Of a DNA stretch of 64,000 nucleotides, positions 18,345 through 28,366 are shown piece by piece. Each line of letters opens with the position of its first letter. Position 1 is the stretch's first letter. Position numbers and translations under genes: made by a program. A model generated the notes under the pieces. The model made no database searches and had not been told where the DNA came from. It saw only the letters and a program-made list of their open reading frames with translations. Source of the stretch: a bacterium (GTDB taxonomy: Bacteria > Electryoneota > Electryoneia > Electryoneales > Electryoneaceae); contig OY769902.1 in assembly GCA_963669175.1 (NCBI GenBank), forward strand, positions 4,928,001-4,992,000. Direction: 5' to 3'.

Positions 18345-20639
18345 CTATTTCAACAACATGATCTTCCTTGTCTGAACCTGTCCACCTGCTTTCATCCTCA
18401 CGAAATACACCCCGGACGGCGCTTCGAATCCATCGGCAGAAGCATCCCACATCACGCTATGTCGTCCAACAGTGAAATGAGTATGCGCCAACGTCGTGAC
18501 CTGCTGTCCTAACAGGTTAAACACAGCTATTTCAACCTCACCTGCTTCCGGCAGGGTGAAGGGAATCGTCACTGAGGGGTTGAATGGATTCGGGTAGGGT
18601 TCGGCCAGTACTGGTGAATCCGGGAGTTCGACAGCCACCTCTTCCTGCACCTTTACCGCTTCCTTGGCACTGTAAAGGTGGACAGCCACATAATCGACAT
18701 AGCCAAGGGCATCGTTACAAATATCGAACTTTCGACTGCGGCCAAACTGTTCAACACATTCCAGGGGTAGGATAGCATCCTCACCATTTCGTCTCACCAC
18801 CATCAAGGGCTCATTGTCATAAATCGAAATCAACCAGAAAGGTTCCTGGTACAGGGCGTACAAAGGCCAGGAAGCATAAAGGGGATCATCCCAAAATCCA
18901 ATATTGTCAATCAAATCTGGCGCCAATGGATTACTGAAATCCATCCTCCCCCAATGACGGTCAAGAGATATAATATTAAGTGTATCTCCAACAAAGTAGG
19001 CTGTTTCCGGATGAGACAAATAGTAGTGGAATTCTTCTTCACAAACGAAAACCGGTTCTGTCGGATTTGTAACATCTACTGTCGTCCATTTCCCAATTCC
19101 ATCTTTATTACTCATTATCAGGTAGAGTCCATCATTCTCTACAATATGAAAAACATTTCTGCCATAATACGCTGAATTCACGTCCCTACCAAGCTCTATC
19201 ACTTCTCCAAAAACCATATATGCCTCAAGATCAAATATGGTTAACTGATTATCATTTTGTTGTATGTATAATATATTATTACGGATGTAACCTTTTACGT
19301 CGTAACGTCCTGCTCCCTGTACCTGCATCATTAGTTGAGGATGGTATGGATCATGGATGTAGTATACCCTGGTGTTCATACTGTAATCGCTTAACAACAA
19401 ATAGTCCTCTTGAATATCCAGCGCGGTCAGATCAGAATCAGGAGTCAGCGTAGTAACATGGGTGACTTGATCCAAGTCAGACATATCATAGATAACCAGG
19501 CTGTCAGAGAATAAAACACAGGCGAAAGGATAGTCTATTTCGATATCAACAGCACTGGGCGGGACAACATGATTATACAGGACTTCGGGCTCACCCTCAT
19601 TAAGGGAACTGACATGCACAATAAGGTTGCTGTAATATGAATTAAGCGCCATGTTTTGACCTGAGCTATCCGGCATCAGCCACATGGGAATGAATTGTTC
19701 ATAGTCATATTCGAGGACCGGGTTTGCCGGATCAGCAATATCCACAACAAACAATCTTCTGGATGCAAGGTAGAGTTTGTCCCCCAGGACTACCGCATCT
19801 TCCAGTACTCCGATGTTTGCGACCTCAACTGTCCCCAGCATTTCCGGATCCCCAGGGGAAACAGACAGGTCAAATAAGGTAATGCTTCCATCTATTTGCA
19901 CAATAAGATAGTCGTTTGAAATGGCATTTCTAATTGTTATTCTGTTTCCAATAGTATCAGCTATTGTATTAATATAGTCCAAGTCATATTCTTCATTATC
20001 AAAATAAAAGATATCGACCTGGTTACTGTCTGTTCCATCCGGCTCCCGTGCTATATAGATATAGTCAGCATACAAATCAATACTTCTCGTATGCCCCTCC
20101 GCATAGAACTCATCCAGCACAACAGGGCTAAGCGGACTACTTAAATCCATCACTTCCATATACCCAAATGCAGTTGTTAGAAATACCAGTGTCCCCTGCT
20201 GTTCAACCTGGAAAATTCCTCTAAGCTCAATTTCATGCGTCATTTCCAGGAATGGTGAGGCAGGGTTTTCTACGTTCACTGCCCTGATTTTCCCATCATC
20301 CCGTGTGCCGTTGAAACACCACAGGTAATCATTGACGCGTACGAGAAAATCGCAGGGAAAGCGTAGCTCATCGGGAGTTTCAAAGATGTCCTGCATCCGG
20401 GTGGGATCGGACGTATCCATAACACGCAGATGTGTGCTGGAAGGAACATAGGTGTAGTCGCCAATGACAACCGGATTCCTGACGGTGCACCAATTGTCAT
20501 ACAGGACAGCGCGCTCGGTAAAACCAAAGCTTTCCTGTGAAAATGCAGGATCACCCAGAACAGCAGCTAAGAGGATAAACGCGAAAAGAATGCTTCCAGC
20601 TTGTTTCAAACGGTCAACAGTTGCAAAAGCGTACATCAT
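18345..20639 (-). CDS. Secreted LVIVD-repeat protein with C-terminal sorting/FlgD-like domain
   Basis: LRVMDTSDP, MEVMDLSSP, LFVVDIADPANP and LVIYDMSD repeats; PYPNPFNPSVTIPF...PSGVYFVRM CTD. Confidence 0.88.
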   Translation of the reverse strand: MMYAFATVDRLKQAGSILFAFILLAAVLGDPAFSQESFGFTERAVLYDNWCTVRNPVVIGDYTYVPSSTHLRVMDTSDPTRMQDIFETPDELRFPCDFLVRVNDYLWCFNGTRDDGKIRAVNVENPASPFLEMTHEIELRGIFQVEQQGTLVFLTTAFGYMEVMDLSSPLSPVVLDEFYAEGHTRSIDLYADYIYIAREPDGTDSNQVDIFYFDNEEYDLDYINTIADTIGNRITIRNAISNDYLIVQIDGSITLFDLSVSPGDPEMLGTVEVANIGVLEDAVVLGDKLYLASRRLFVVDIADPANPVLEYDYEQFIPMWLMPDSSGQNMALNSYYSNLIVHVSSLNEGEPEVLYNHVVPPSAVDIEIDYPFACVLFSDSLVIYDMSDLDQVTHVTTLTPDSDLTALDIQEDYLLLSDYSMNTRVYYIHDPYHPQLMMQVQGAGRYDVKGYIRNNILYIQQNDNQLTIFDLEAYMVFGEVIELGRDVNSAYYGRNVFHIVENDGLYLIMSNKDGIGKWTTVDVTNPTEPVFVCEEEFHYYLSHPETAYFVGDTLNIISLDRHWGRMDFSNPLAPDLIDNIGFWDDPLYASWPLYALYQEPFWLISIYDNEPLMVVRRNGEDAILPLECVEQFGRSRKFDICNDALGYVDYVAVHLYSAKEAVKVQEEVAVELPDSPVLAEPYPNPFNPSVTIPFTLPEAGEVEIAVFNLLGQQVTTLAHTHFTVGRHSVMWDASADGFEAPSGVYFVRMKAGGQVQTRKIMLLK

Positions 20640-20812
20640 ACACCTCCCGTTAAGCTGAACATTTCATAATGGATATTAGTATCTCATTCTCATCAATAGC
20701 AACCGAACTGACAAAATATATAAGATTTATAAAGCGCTCACTAGCCGAAAAAGACCCTTATCTTCAATATATTGTTGTTCTCGATTTTATTCCGACATAA
20801 TAAAGATTGCCG

Positions 20813-21003
20813 GGAAAAGGGGACGGGATCCTTTTCCTCGCGCGCATATGAAACACTCTCGCCGAACTTGTGGAAAAGGAAACTGTACCCTTTTCCGTGT
20901 ACGTCCTGCCTGCTCTCAAGAAAAAGGGTACAGCCACCTTTCCCGGTCCTTGCTCACAGCGGGAAGGCTTTGCCCCAGGGAAAGGAAACTGTCCCCTTTT
21001 TCC
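20813..21003. repeat. Four ~25-bp imperfect palindromes of the GGAAAAGG..(A)C(T/A)G..CCTTTTCC type (REP-like)
   Basis: Copies at 20813-20837, 20872-20896, 20920-20943 and 20979-21003, in mixed orientation. Confidence 0.75.
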
Positions 21004-21310
21004 ATATCCTTAGCCTTTATTTCAACCATATGGTTGACCATTCACTGATCTGGCACATGACCACATGACGGAATAATAATGGGAATCGCTATATTTTTCT
21101 CACTGCCAAAACGGCAGCATGACATGCCACACTGCGAAATGAGTTCAATTATTGCCTGCATCCAATTCGCCGAATCTTGCCTAGTTAGTTGTTTTTTAAC
21201 AGCGCTATCTTTACCATAGCGTTGGCATACTTCTTGTCCATGTTAAACTCGAAACCAGGATACTGGTTACGTTGACATTACAACTCTTGTTAGTTGGAGC
21301 ATAGACATAC

Positions 21311-23944
21311 ATGGATTTGAACAAACTGACCCAGAAATCGCAGGAGGCGTTCCAGGACGCGAAAGACCTGGCGCTTCGGCATGGCAATCCCGAGATCGAT
21401 GTTGAGCACATGCTGTTGGCCCTGCTCGACCAATCGCAGGGAATTGCTCCACGCCTTATGCAGAAAATGGATATCCCCCAGGATGCCCTGACGGAAGCGA
21501 CCGAGCGTGAAATCGGCAAGCTTCCCAAACAACAGGGCGGCGCGGCGGAAGAAGGCAAGGTGTACGTCACCCAGCGCCTGTCCAAGATGCTGTTGCGTGC
21601 TCAGGATGAAGCCACGCAACTCAAGGACGATTATGTTTCCGTTGAACACATGCTGCTGGCCATGACCGATGAAAAAAAGAATACCCCGGTCGGCAAATTG
21701 TTCAACCAGTTCAACATCGCACGTGACCGTCTGCTCGCCGCGCTGACCCAGGTACGTGGCAGCCAACGTGTGAAAAGTGACAATCCGGAAGCGACCTACG
21801 AAGCGTTGGAACGATACGGCATTGACCTCGTGGACGCCGCGCAAAAGGGCAAGCTGGACCCGGTGATCGGACGTGACAGTGAAATTCGTCGCGTGATTCG
21901 TATCCTCAGCCGCAAAACGAAGAACAACCCAGTGCTGATTGGCGAGCCGGGTGTGGGCAAGACGGCAATTGTAGAAGGATTGGCGCACAGAATCGTGCGT
22001 GGTGACGTACCCGAAGGATTAAAAGACAAGATCGTCTTCAATTTGGATATGGGCGCCCTGGTGGCTGGCGCCAAGTTTCGTGGTGAGTTCGAAGAACGGC
22101 TCAAGGCGGTGCTTGCTGAGGTGAAGCAGTCTGATGGACGCATCCTGCTGTTTATCGATGAGATGCACACTATCGTAGGCGCAGGGAAAGCTGAAGGCTC
22201 GATGGATGCGAGCAACATGCTAAAACCCATGTTGGCGCGTGGAGAACTGCACTGCATCGGAGCTACAACGCTGGATGAATACCGCAAACACATCGAGAAG
22301 GATGCCGCCCTGGAACGCCGTTTCCAGACCGTATTGGTAGAACAACCTTCGGTTGAGGATACCATCTCGATCCTGCGCGGCCTGCGTGAGCGTTTTGAAG
22401 TGCATCACGGTGTAAAGATCCAGGACAACGCGCTGGTGGCGTCGGCGGTATTGTCGCATCGTTATATCAGCGACCGTTTCCTGCCCGACAAGGCGATTGA
22501 CCTGGTGGATGAAGCCTGCGCCATGATCCGCACCGAAATCGATTCCATGCCCGCCGAACTGGATGAGATTACACGGCGCGTAATGCAGCTCGAGATCGAA
22601 GAAGCGGCGTTGAAACTGGAACGTGATCCGGCCAGCAAGGAACGGTTGGACGTACTGCGTAAAGAACTGGCAGACGCGAAAGAAAAAGCGGATGTCATGC
22701 GCGCTCAGTGGGAAGCGGAGAAACTCCAGATCGAACGCGTCAGCAAATTGCGTGAAGAGATCGAAATCCTGCGGATGCAGATCGAAAAGGCAGAACGTGA
22801 TTATGACCTGAATCTCGCTGCCGAGCTGAAACATGGCCGTCTCCCTGCCGCGCAGAAAACACTGGCGGAGATGGAAGAAAGAATCCGGCATACGGAAGAG
22901 GGACACCGTTTGCTGCGTGAAGAAGTGACGGATGAGGAGATCGCTGAGATCATAAGCCGCTGGACCGGCATCCCGGTAACGCGTCTGGTCGAAGGCGAAC
23001 GTCAGAAATTGCTCAAGCTGGATACCGTCCTTCATCAACGCGTAATCGGCCAGGATGAGGCGGTACAACTGGTGACCGATGCGGTCATCCGTGCTCGGGC
23101 CGGGATAAAAGACCCACGCCGTCCTATCGGCAGTTTCCTGTTCCTCGGGCCAACCGGAGTTGGCAAGACCGAACTGGCGAAAACACTGGCTGAGGCGCTG
23201 TTCGATACGGAAGAGAACATGATCCGTATCGACATGAGCGAATACATGGAACGTCACGCTGTCGCACGTCTGATCGGAGCGCCGCCGGGTTATGTGGGCT
23301 TCGAGGAGGGCGGCCAGCTTACGGAAGCGGTGCGGCGTAAACCTTACTCTGTGGTCCTGTTCGACGAGATCGAAAAGGCGCATCCGGATGTGTTCAATGT
23401 GCTGCTGCAAATTCTTGATGACGGGCGCATTACGGATTCACACGGTCGGACTGTCAACTTCAAGAACACAGTCCTGATTCTGACCAGCAATATCGGATCA
23501 ACCCTGTTGCTGGAAGGTATTACGGCGGAAGGCGAGATTCGTGATGATATCCGGAAGCAGATTCTTGGCGAATTACGTCTGAACTTCCGTCCGGAATTCC
23601 TGAACCGGCTGGACGATGTTGTCCTGTTCAAACCGTTGCGTCTGGAAGAAATCGAGCAGATTGTGGACCTGCTCACGGCTGACCTGCGCAAACGGCTGGA
23701 GGACCGCAGGATTCAGCTTGAACTCACGGATGAAGCGCGTGCCTTTGTCGCAAAGGAGGGCTTTGATCCGGTATTCGGCGCTCGCCCGCTGAAGCGGTTC
23801 CTGCAACATGAGCTTGAGACACGTATCGGTCGCGCACTGCTGGCTGGCGATATTCTGCCCGGAGCAACAATACAGGTTGGTATCGAAGCGGGGCAGTTGA
23901 GCGTTTCCCATAAGAACCCGGACCACGTGGATCGACTACCCTGA
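21311..23944 (+). CDS. clpB: ATP-dependent chaperone ClpB
   Basis: Clp N-domain repeats, GEPGVGKT and GPTGVGKT Walker A motifs, long middle coiled-coil domain, [16 protein letters not shown]. Confidence 0.97.
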   Translation: MDLNKLTQKSQEAFQDAKDLALRHGNPEIDVEHMLLALLDQSQGIAPRLMQKMDIPQDALTEATEREIGKLPKQQGGAAEEGKVYVTQRLSKMLLRAQDEATQLKDDYVSVEHMLLAMTDEKKNTPVGKLFNQFNIARDRLLAALTQVRGSQRVKSDNPEATYEALERYGIDLVDAAQKGKLDPVIGRDSEIRRVIRILSRKTKNNPVLIGEPGVGKTAIVEGLAHRIVRGDVPEGLKDKIVFNLDMGALVAGAKFRGEFEERLKAVLAEVKQSDGRILLFIDEMHTIVGAGKAEGSMDASNMLKPMLARGELHCIGATTLDEYRKHIEKDAALERRFQTVLVEQPSVEDTISILRGLRERFEVHHGVKIQDNALVASAVLSHRYISDRFLPDKAIDLVDEACAMIRTEIDSMPAELDEITRRVMQLEIEEAALKLERDPASKERLDVLRKELADAKEKADVMRAQWEAEKLQIERVSKLREEIEILRMQIEKAERDYDLNLAAELKHGRLPAAQKTLAEMEERIRHTEEGHRLLREEVTDEEIAEIISRWTGIPVTRLVEGERQKLLKLDTVLHQRVIGQDEAVQLVTDAVIRARAGIKDPRRPIGSFLFLGPTGVGKTELAKTLAEALFDTEENMIRIDMSEYMERHAVARLIGAPPGYVGFEEGGQLTEAVRRKPYSVVLFDEIEKAHPDVFNVLLQILDDGRITDSHGRTVNFKNTVLILTSNIGSTLLLEGITAEGEIRDDIRKQILGELRLNFRPEFLNRLDDVVLFKPLRLEEIEQIVDLLTADLRKRLEDRRIQLELTDEARAFVAKEGFDPVFGARPLKRFLQHELETRIGRALLAGDILPGATIQVGIEAGQLSVSHKNPDHVDRLP

Positions 23945-24096
23945 ATTCGTTTACAATCTCGATTTTGAGCGTAGTATCTCTTGCTACCAGGAGGTTCTGC
24001 GCTCTCTTATTTTGCTACTCTATCTATTGTCTATATTGTCTAATACTTCTATTTTATGAACAACCCCTTTTATAAATATTTTAACAGGAGCAAGCT

Positions 24097-27000
24097 TTGT
24101 TTTCGTTTCTCCATACGAGCACAGAAGCGGTCGGAACTTCCAGCAACTACGCGCAATTGATACTGGACCATTTGGATTCTGCCGTTTTAATTCTTGATTC
24201 TGAGGGCACTATCCTCTTTGCGAACAGGGCGGCAGATATTCTGCTGGGAAGGAAACGAAAAAATTTAGTACACAGTAACATCCACGACCTCCACCGGCCT
24301 CACCATTCTTCACAGTTTGAAGAATTCTGGAAAGAAGTACAACAGGCTGAGTCCAAAACTTTGCGATCGATGGTTTTTAAAACCGAACAGTTTTCAACCC
24401 CTGTACGCATACGTATGGAACGAGTACAACAGGAAGAAGAAACTCTGTTCATTGCCTATTTCAGCCTCATCCCCACTATTAAGAATCCTTTTGTGCCTGG
24501 GCATGAACTTTCCAGCGATTTCATCCAGGCCGGTATTATTATTCTCAATGAGCAGTTCCGAACGACATACATCAACCAATACGCTTGTGAAATTCTCGGC
24601 ATTGGAAAAGAAGAGCTACTGACCGGCGATATTCCGTATCCTCATTCGAATCTGGTCAACGAAGACGGCACTCCCCTGGATGACGCAGACCATCCTGCCT
24701 GGAAGACACTTCGCACTGGTCAAGCCATTCAGGGCATGATTCTTGGTAGATATGACGAGAATCCGAAAGATATAAAATGGTTGATTGTAAACACTACCCC
24801 CTTGTACGATAGTGAATCCGATGTGGTGAAGGAAATTCTGGTGACCTTTACTGACATCACCGACTTGAAGAAAACAGAAAAATCAATCCGTGAAAGTGAG
24901 TATTATTACCGTAGTTATATTGAGAATGCACCTGTCGGGATATATATAATCAATGAAGAAGGCTTTTATGTAGACGTCAATTCAGAAGCCACCCGCCAGA
25001 TCGGGTACTCTTCTGATGAATTCACAGGGAAACATGCCAGTGACCACTGGCATCCCGAGTATTTCAGTCAAAATCAGAACGCCTTGACAACTCTTCAGCA
25101 GTCCGGTCTTGTAAGAAGCGAAATTGTTTTACGGCATAAAAACGGCAATCCGGTTTTCCTGCTGATCAATAGTGCGAGGCTGCCAGATGGCAGGTCAATG
25201 GGATTTGCGGCCAATATAACGGAACAGCGCAAGGCTGAAGATGCCCTCCTGGATAAAGAGGCCGATCTCAAGCGTGCCCAGCGAATGGCCAAAGTAGGCT
25301 CATGGCGATTTGATCTCACAGAAGGTTCAGTGATCGCTTCCGATGAAGCGCGAAGGATTTACGGATTTGGCGAAGGTGATTTCTCTATCAGAAAAATACA
25401 GGAAATCCCTCTCCCGGAATACCGGGAGAAACTGGATCAGGCTCTTCACGCGCTGGTCTATGAGGGCAAACCCTATGACGAAGAATTCAGAATAAAGCGT
25501 CTCAGTGACGGTAAGATTCTGGATATCAATTCAGTAGCCGAGTTTGACCGCGAACGTAACCTGGTAATCGGCACTATTCAGGACATTTCTGAACGTAAAC
25601 GCACGGAACAGGCGCTTCAGGAAAGCGAGGAAAAACACTATTCTTTATCCCAGGCAACCATGGAAGGAATTGTAATCACAGATAGAATTATCATCCTCGA
25701 AACAAATCAGGCAGCTTGTGACATGCTCGGCTATTCCTATGATGAACTCATTGGTATGCGCGGAACAGATGTACTCGAGGAATCGTACCGGGAAATGGCG
25801 TTGAACAATGCCATGTCAAATTACGACAAGCCCTATGAGGCAATGGTACAACGAAAGGATGGCAGCGCCTTCTGGGCAGAATTACAAGGTAAAATGTATC
25901 ATTATCGTGGCAACGAAGTTCGCGTTACAGCGATACGCGATATCACGAAACGACGCCAGGCCATTGAAGCCCTTCGTGCCAGCGAAGCCAAGTATAAGAA
26001 CATATTGGATAACTCACTGGAAGGAATTTTCATTCACCAGGACAAGGTCATCAAATTCTGCAACAAACGTCTTTTATCCATGCTGGGATTTGCTTCAGAA
26101 GAGGAAGCGCTGGGCACACATATCCGCGAGATCGTTGCGCCAAGTGATTGGGATCGAGTGCAATCTGAAGTTGCCATACGTGACCGTGGCGACAAACTTG
26201 TTTCCCATTACAGCTTCAGAATGCTGAAAACGGATGGTACAACCATCGACGCAGAAGCGCTTGTAAGCACAATTGAGTTTGAAGGAAGCCGGGCATACCA
26301 GGCGGTAATTCGTGACCTTTCCCAACAGAAACGGTTGGAAGAGCAGCTTCAGCAAGCGATAAAGATGGAATCCATCGGTCGGTTGGCCGGGGGAATTGCC
26401 CATGACTTTAATAACCTGCTAACCGCGATATCCGGTAACGCCGAACTGGCCAACCTTTCGCTTAATGAGAATGATCCGGTTCGTAGTGATATTGAAGAGA
26501 TCGTACGCACCACACAACGCGCGAGTGATCTCACCCGCCAGCTACTGGCCTTCAGCAGAAAACAGTTGATCACTCCACGTACCATCAACCTGAATATGGT
26601 GCTGAACAATTTCGAGCAATTGCTGCGTCGTACCATTGGCGAAGATATCGCTCTCCACCTGTCCCTCACACCCAACCTGTGGAATATCCAGGCTGATATA
26701 TCGCAGGTAGAACAAGTGCTGATGAACTTGGTCGTTAATGCACGTGATGCCATGCCGGAAGGCGGAATGTTATCAATCGAGACGACGAATCTGGATCTGT
26801 CTTCAGAGAAAAGAACACTGGACGGTAGCCTGATTGAGCCGGGGAAATATGTAAGTATCAGCGTACATGATACAGGCTTCGGCATGGATAGAAACACACT
26901 GGATAAAGTCTTTGAACCATTCTTTACCACGAAAGAAGTTGGCCAGGGAACTGGGTTGGGACTTTCCACCGTCTATGGTATCATGCGACAGAATGAAGGC

Positions 27001-27489
27001 TATATAGATGTAAAAAGCACTGTCGGAAAAGGAACCCGCTTCCTGATGTATTTTCCCATGGTCCACGCCGAGGTTTTTGAAACCGGTCAGCAGGAGACAG
27101 AGCTGGATAGATTACGCGGGACTGAATTAATCATGGTGGTCGAGGATGATGTCCATGTGCGTAATACGGCTGTGAGAACCCTGCGACGCTTCGGTTATTC
27201 GGTGCGGACGGCTGTGTCCGGCGCCGACGCCCTGCTCATGCTGGAACGTGAGGAAATGCGTCCCGACCTGATCCTGACCGATGTAGTCATGCCCAACATG
27301 AATGGCGCCGAGTTTTCCAACCGGGTGCGAGAAAAAGGCATCAACACAGCCATCCTGTTCATGTCCGGGTATACAGAATCGGAAATGGTGACGCGCGGAG
27401 TGTATCGTGCCGAAATCCCCTTCCTGCAGAAACCCTTTAAGCCTCTTACGCTCGTTCAGATGATACGGCAGACAATTGATGCAGTTTGA
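24097..27489 (+). CDS. Multi-PAS hybrid sensor histidine kinase with receiver domain (CckA-like architecture)
   Basis: About six PAS repeats; GRLAGGIAHDFNNLL H-box; NLVVNARDAM; EPFFTTK..GTGLGL; REC with VEDD, LTDVVMP and KPF. Confidence 0.93.
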   Translation: MFSFLHTSTEAVGTSSNYAQLILDHLDSAVLILDSEGTILFANRAADILLGRKRKNLVHSNIHDLHRPHHSSQFEEFWKEVQQAESKTLRSMVFKTEQFSTPVRIRMERVQQEEETLFIAYFSLIPTIKNPFVPGHELSSDFIQAGIIILNEQFRTTYINQYACEILGIGKEELLTGDIPYPHSNLVNEDGTPLDDADHPAWKTLRTGQAIQGMILGRYDENPKDIKWLIVNTTPLYDSESDVVKEILVTFTDITDLKKTEKSIRESEYYYRSYIENAPVGIYIINEEGFYVDVNSEATRQIGYSSDEFTGKHASDHWHPEYFSQNQNALTTLQQSGLVRSEIVLRHKNGNPVFLLINSARLPDGRSMGFAANITEQRKAEDALLDKEADLKRAQRMAKVGSWRFDLTEGSVIASDEARRIYGFGEGDFSIRKIQEIPLPEYREKLDQALHALVYEGKPYDEEFRIKRLSDGKILDINSVAEFDRERNLVIGTIQDISERKRTEQALQESEEKHYSLSQATMEGIVITDRIIILETNQAACDMLGYSYDELIGMRGTDVLEESYREMALNNAMSNYDKPYEAMVQRKDGSAFWAELQGKMYHYRGNEVRVTAIRDITKRRQAIEALRASEAKYKNILDNSLEGIFIHQDKVIKFCNKRLLSMLGFASEEEALGTHIREIVAPSDWDRVQSEVAIRDRGDKLVSHYSFRMLKTDGTTIDAEALVSTIEFEGSRAYQAVIRDLSQQKRLEEQLQQAIKMESIGRLAGGIAHDFNNLLTAISGNAELANLSLNENDPVRSDIEEIVRTTQRASDLTRQLLAFSRKQLITPRTINLNMVLNNFEQLLRRTIGEDIALHLSLTPNLWNIQADISQVEQVLMNLVVNARDAMPEGGMLSIETTNLDLSSEKRTLDGSLIEPGKYVSISVHDTGFGMDRNTLDKVFEPFFTTKEVGQGTGLGLSTVYGIMRQNEGYIDVKSTVGKGTRFLMYFPMVHAEVFETGQQETELDRLRGTELIMVVEDDVHVRNTAVRTLRRFGYSVRTAVSGADALLMLEREEMRPDLILTDVVMPNMNGAEFSNRVREKGINTAILFMSGYTESEMVTRGVYRAEIPFLQKPFKPLTLVQMIRQTIDAV

Positions 27490-27825
27490 AGAAAGCAATA
27501 AAAGTAAAGAAGGTGAGAACTCTGTACGTTTCTATCAGTACTGCATCGGAATGCAAGGCCCTGTACGTTTTTAGCAGTACTGTATAAACGTGCATGGCCC
27601 GATTTGCCGGTGAGGTAGCATGATTCTCGCAAAACACTGACAACACTTGTGGGTCGTCGTCCTGTGATGCGGATAATGAGCAAGTCGGGTTTTTACGAGT
27701 GCCCCGATCCGCAAGTGATAAAACGTCCACTTTCGCTTTCGGAGGAATACGCCCAATTCATCTTCAATACAAGTCAATTCGCGTGAGCGCATCGGGACAA
27801 TAACTCTACAATTTTCCAACTTTAA

Positions 27826-28295
27826 CCCGAATATTTCATGAACGGAACATGGATATTCATCTTAACACATTTCATATCAACACAATACAACTGATTCATA
27901 CAGCATTTTTCAGGGGACAGTTTGCTCCGGTATCCCTTTGCGTGTCTATTCCCTGTTTCGCTGGCAAAATAGGCTGAGAATCGGCAACCGCCCCGGCAGG
28001 GGCAACCTGTATTAGCCCCGGGCAGCCGCCGTCAGTTTGGCGGCTACCCGGGGAGATAATGCGCACCATATATTTACTCCGTAAGGAGTAACCTGATAAT
28101 TATCAAAAGTATACAGTGGAAATATTCAGGCAACCCGCTGCCGGGGTTGGCAAGTAGCGTACATCCTATTCCCACCGTGAGCGCCAAACAGACGGCGCTG
28201 GACGGTGGGCTAATACAGAGAACCACTGCCGTGGTTCTTGTACTGGCCATTCCATCAAATACCAAATTTGAAATTGCATTGGTGAAATATTCGGG
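27826..28295. mobile_element. Non-autonomous MITE-like element, copy 1 (470 bp)
   Basis: 13-bp TIR CCCGAATATTTCA/TGAAATATTCGGG, flanked on both sides by TTAA. Near-identical to 60603-61072. Confidence 0.92.
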
Positions 28296-28366
28296 TTAAC
28301 AAGTACACTTTGTGCTTCTGCGAAGAACTCAAAATCCTTACACTGTCGCGGCCAGGAATAACCGTG

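Noticed and set aside
20813-21003. Mini CRISPR array
   Set aside because: Repeats are degenerate and in mixed orientation, spacing is irregular, and there are no cas genes.
21233-21253. HspR HAIR operator upstream of clpB
   Set aside because: CTTGTCC-N7-ACTCGAA matches only 9 of 14 consensus positions, and no hspR is present here.
21290-23926. Long antisense ORFs opposite clpB (232 and 396 aa), and similar ones opposite the TonB receptor, smc and cbpA
   Set aside because: Shadow frames produced by codon bias of the real genes; no recognisable motifs.
27522-27600. LexA/SOS boxes
   Set aside because: Spacing is CTG-N11-CAG rather than the N10 of the E. coli-type box, and no gene is positioned downstream.
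28074-28265. 63-aa ORF inside the MITE (also 60851-61042)
   Set aside because: TTG start, no clear RBS and no transposase motif; it is conserved only because the copies are recent.
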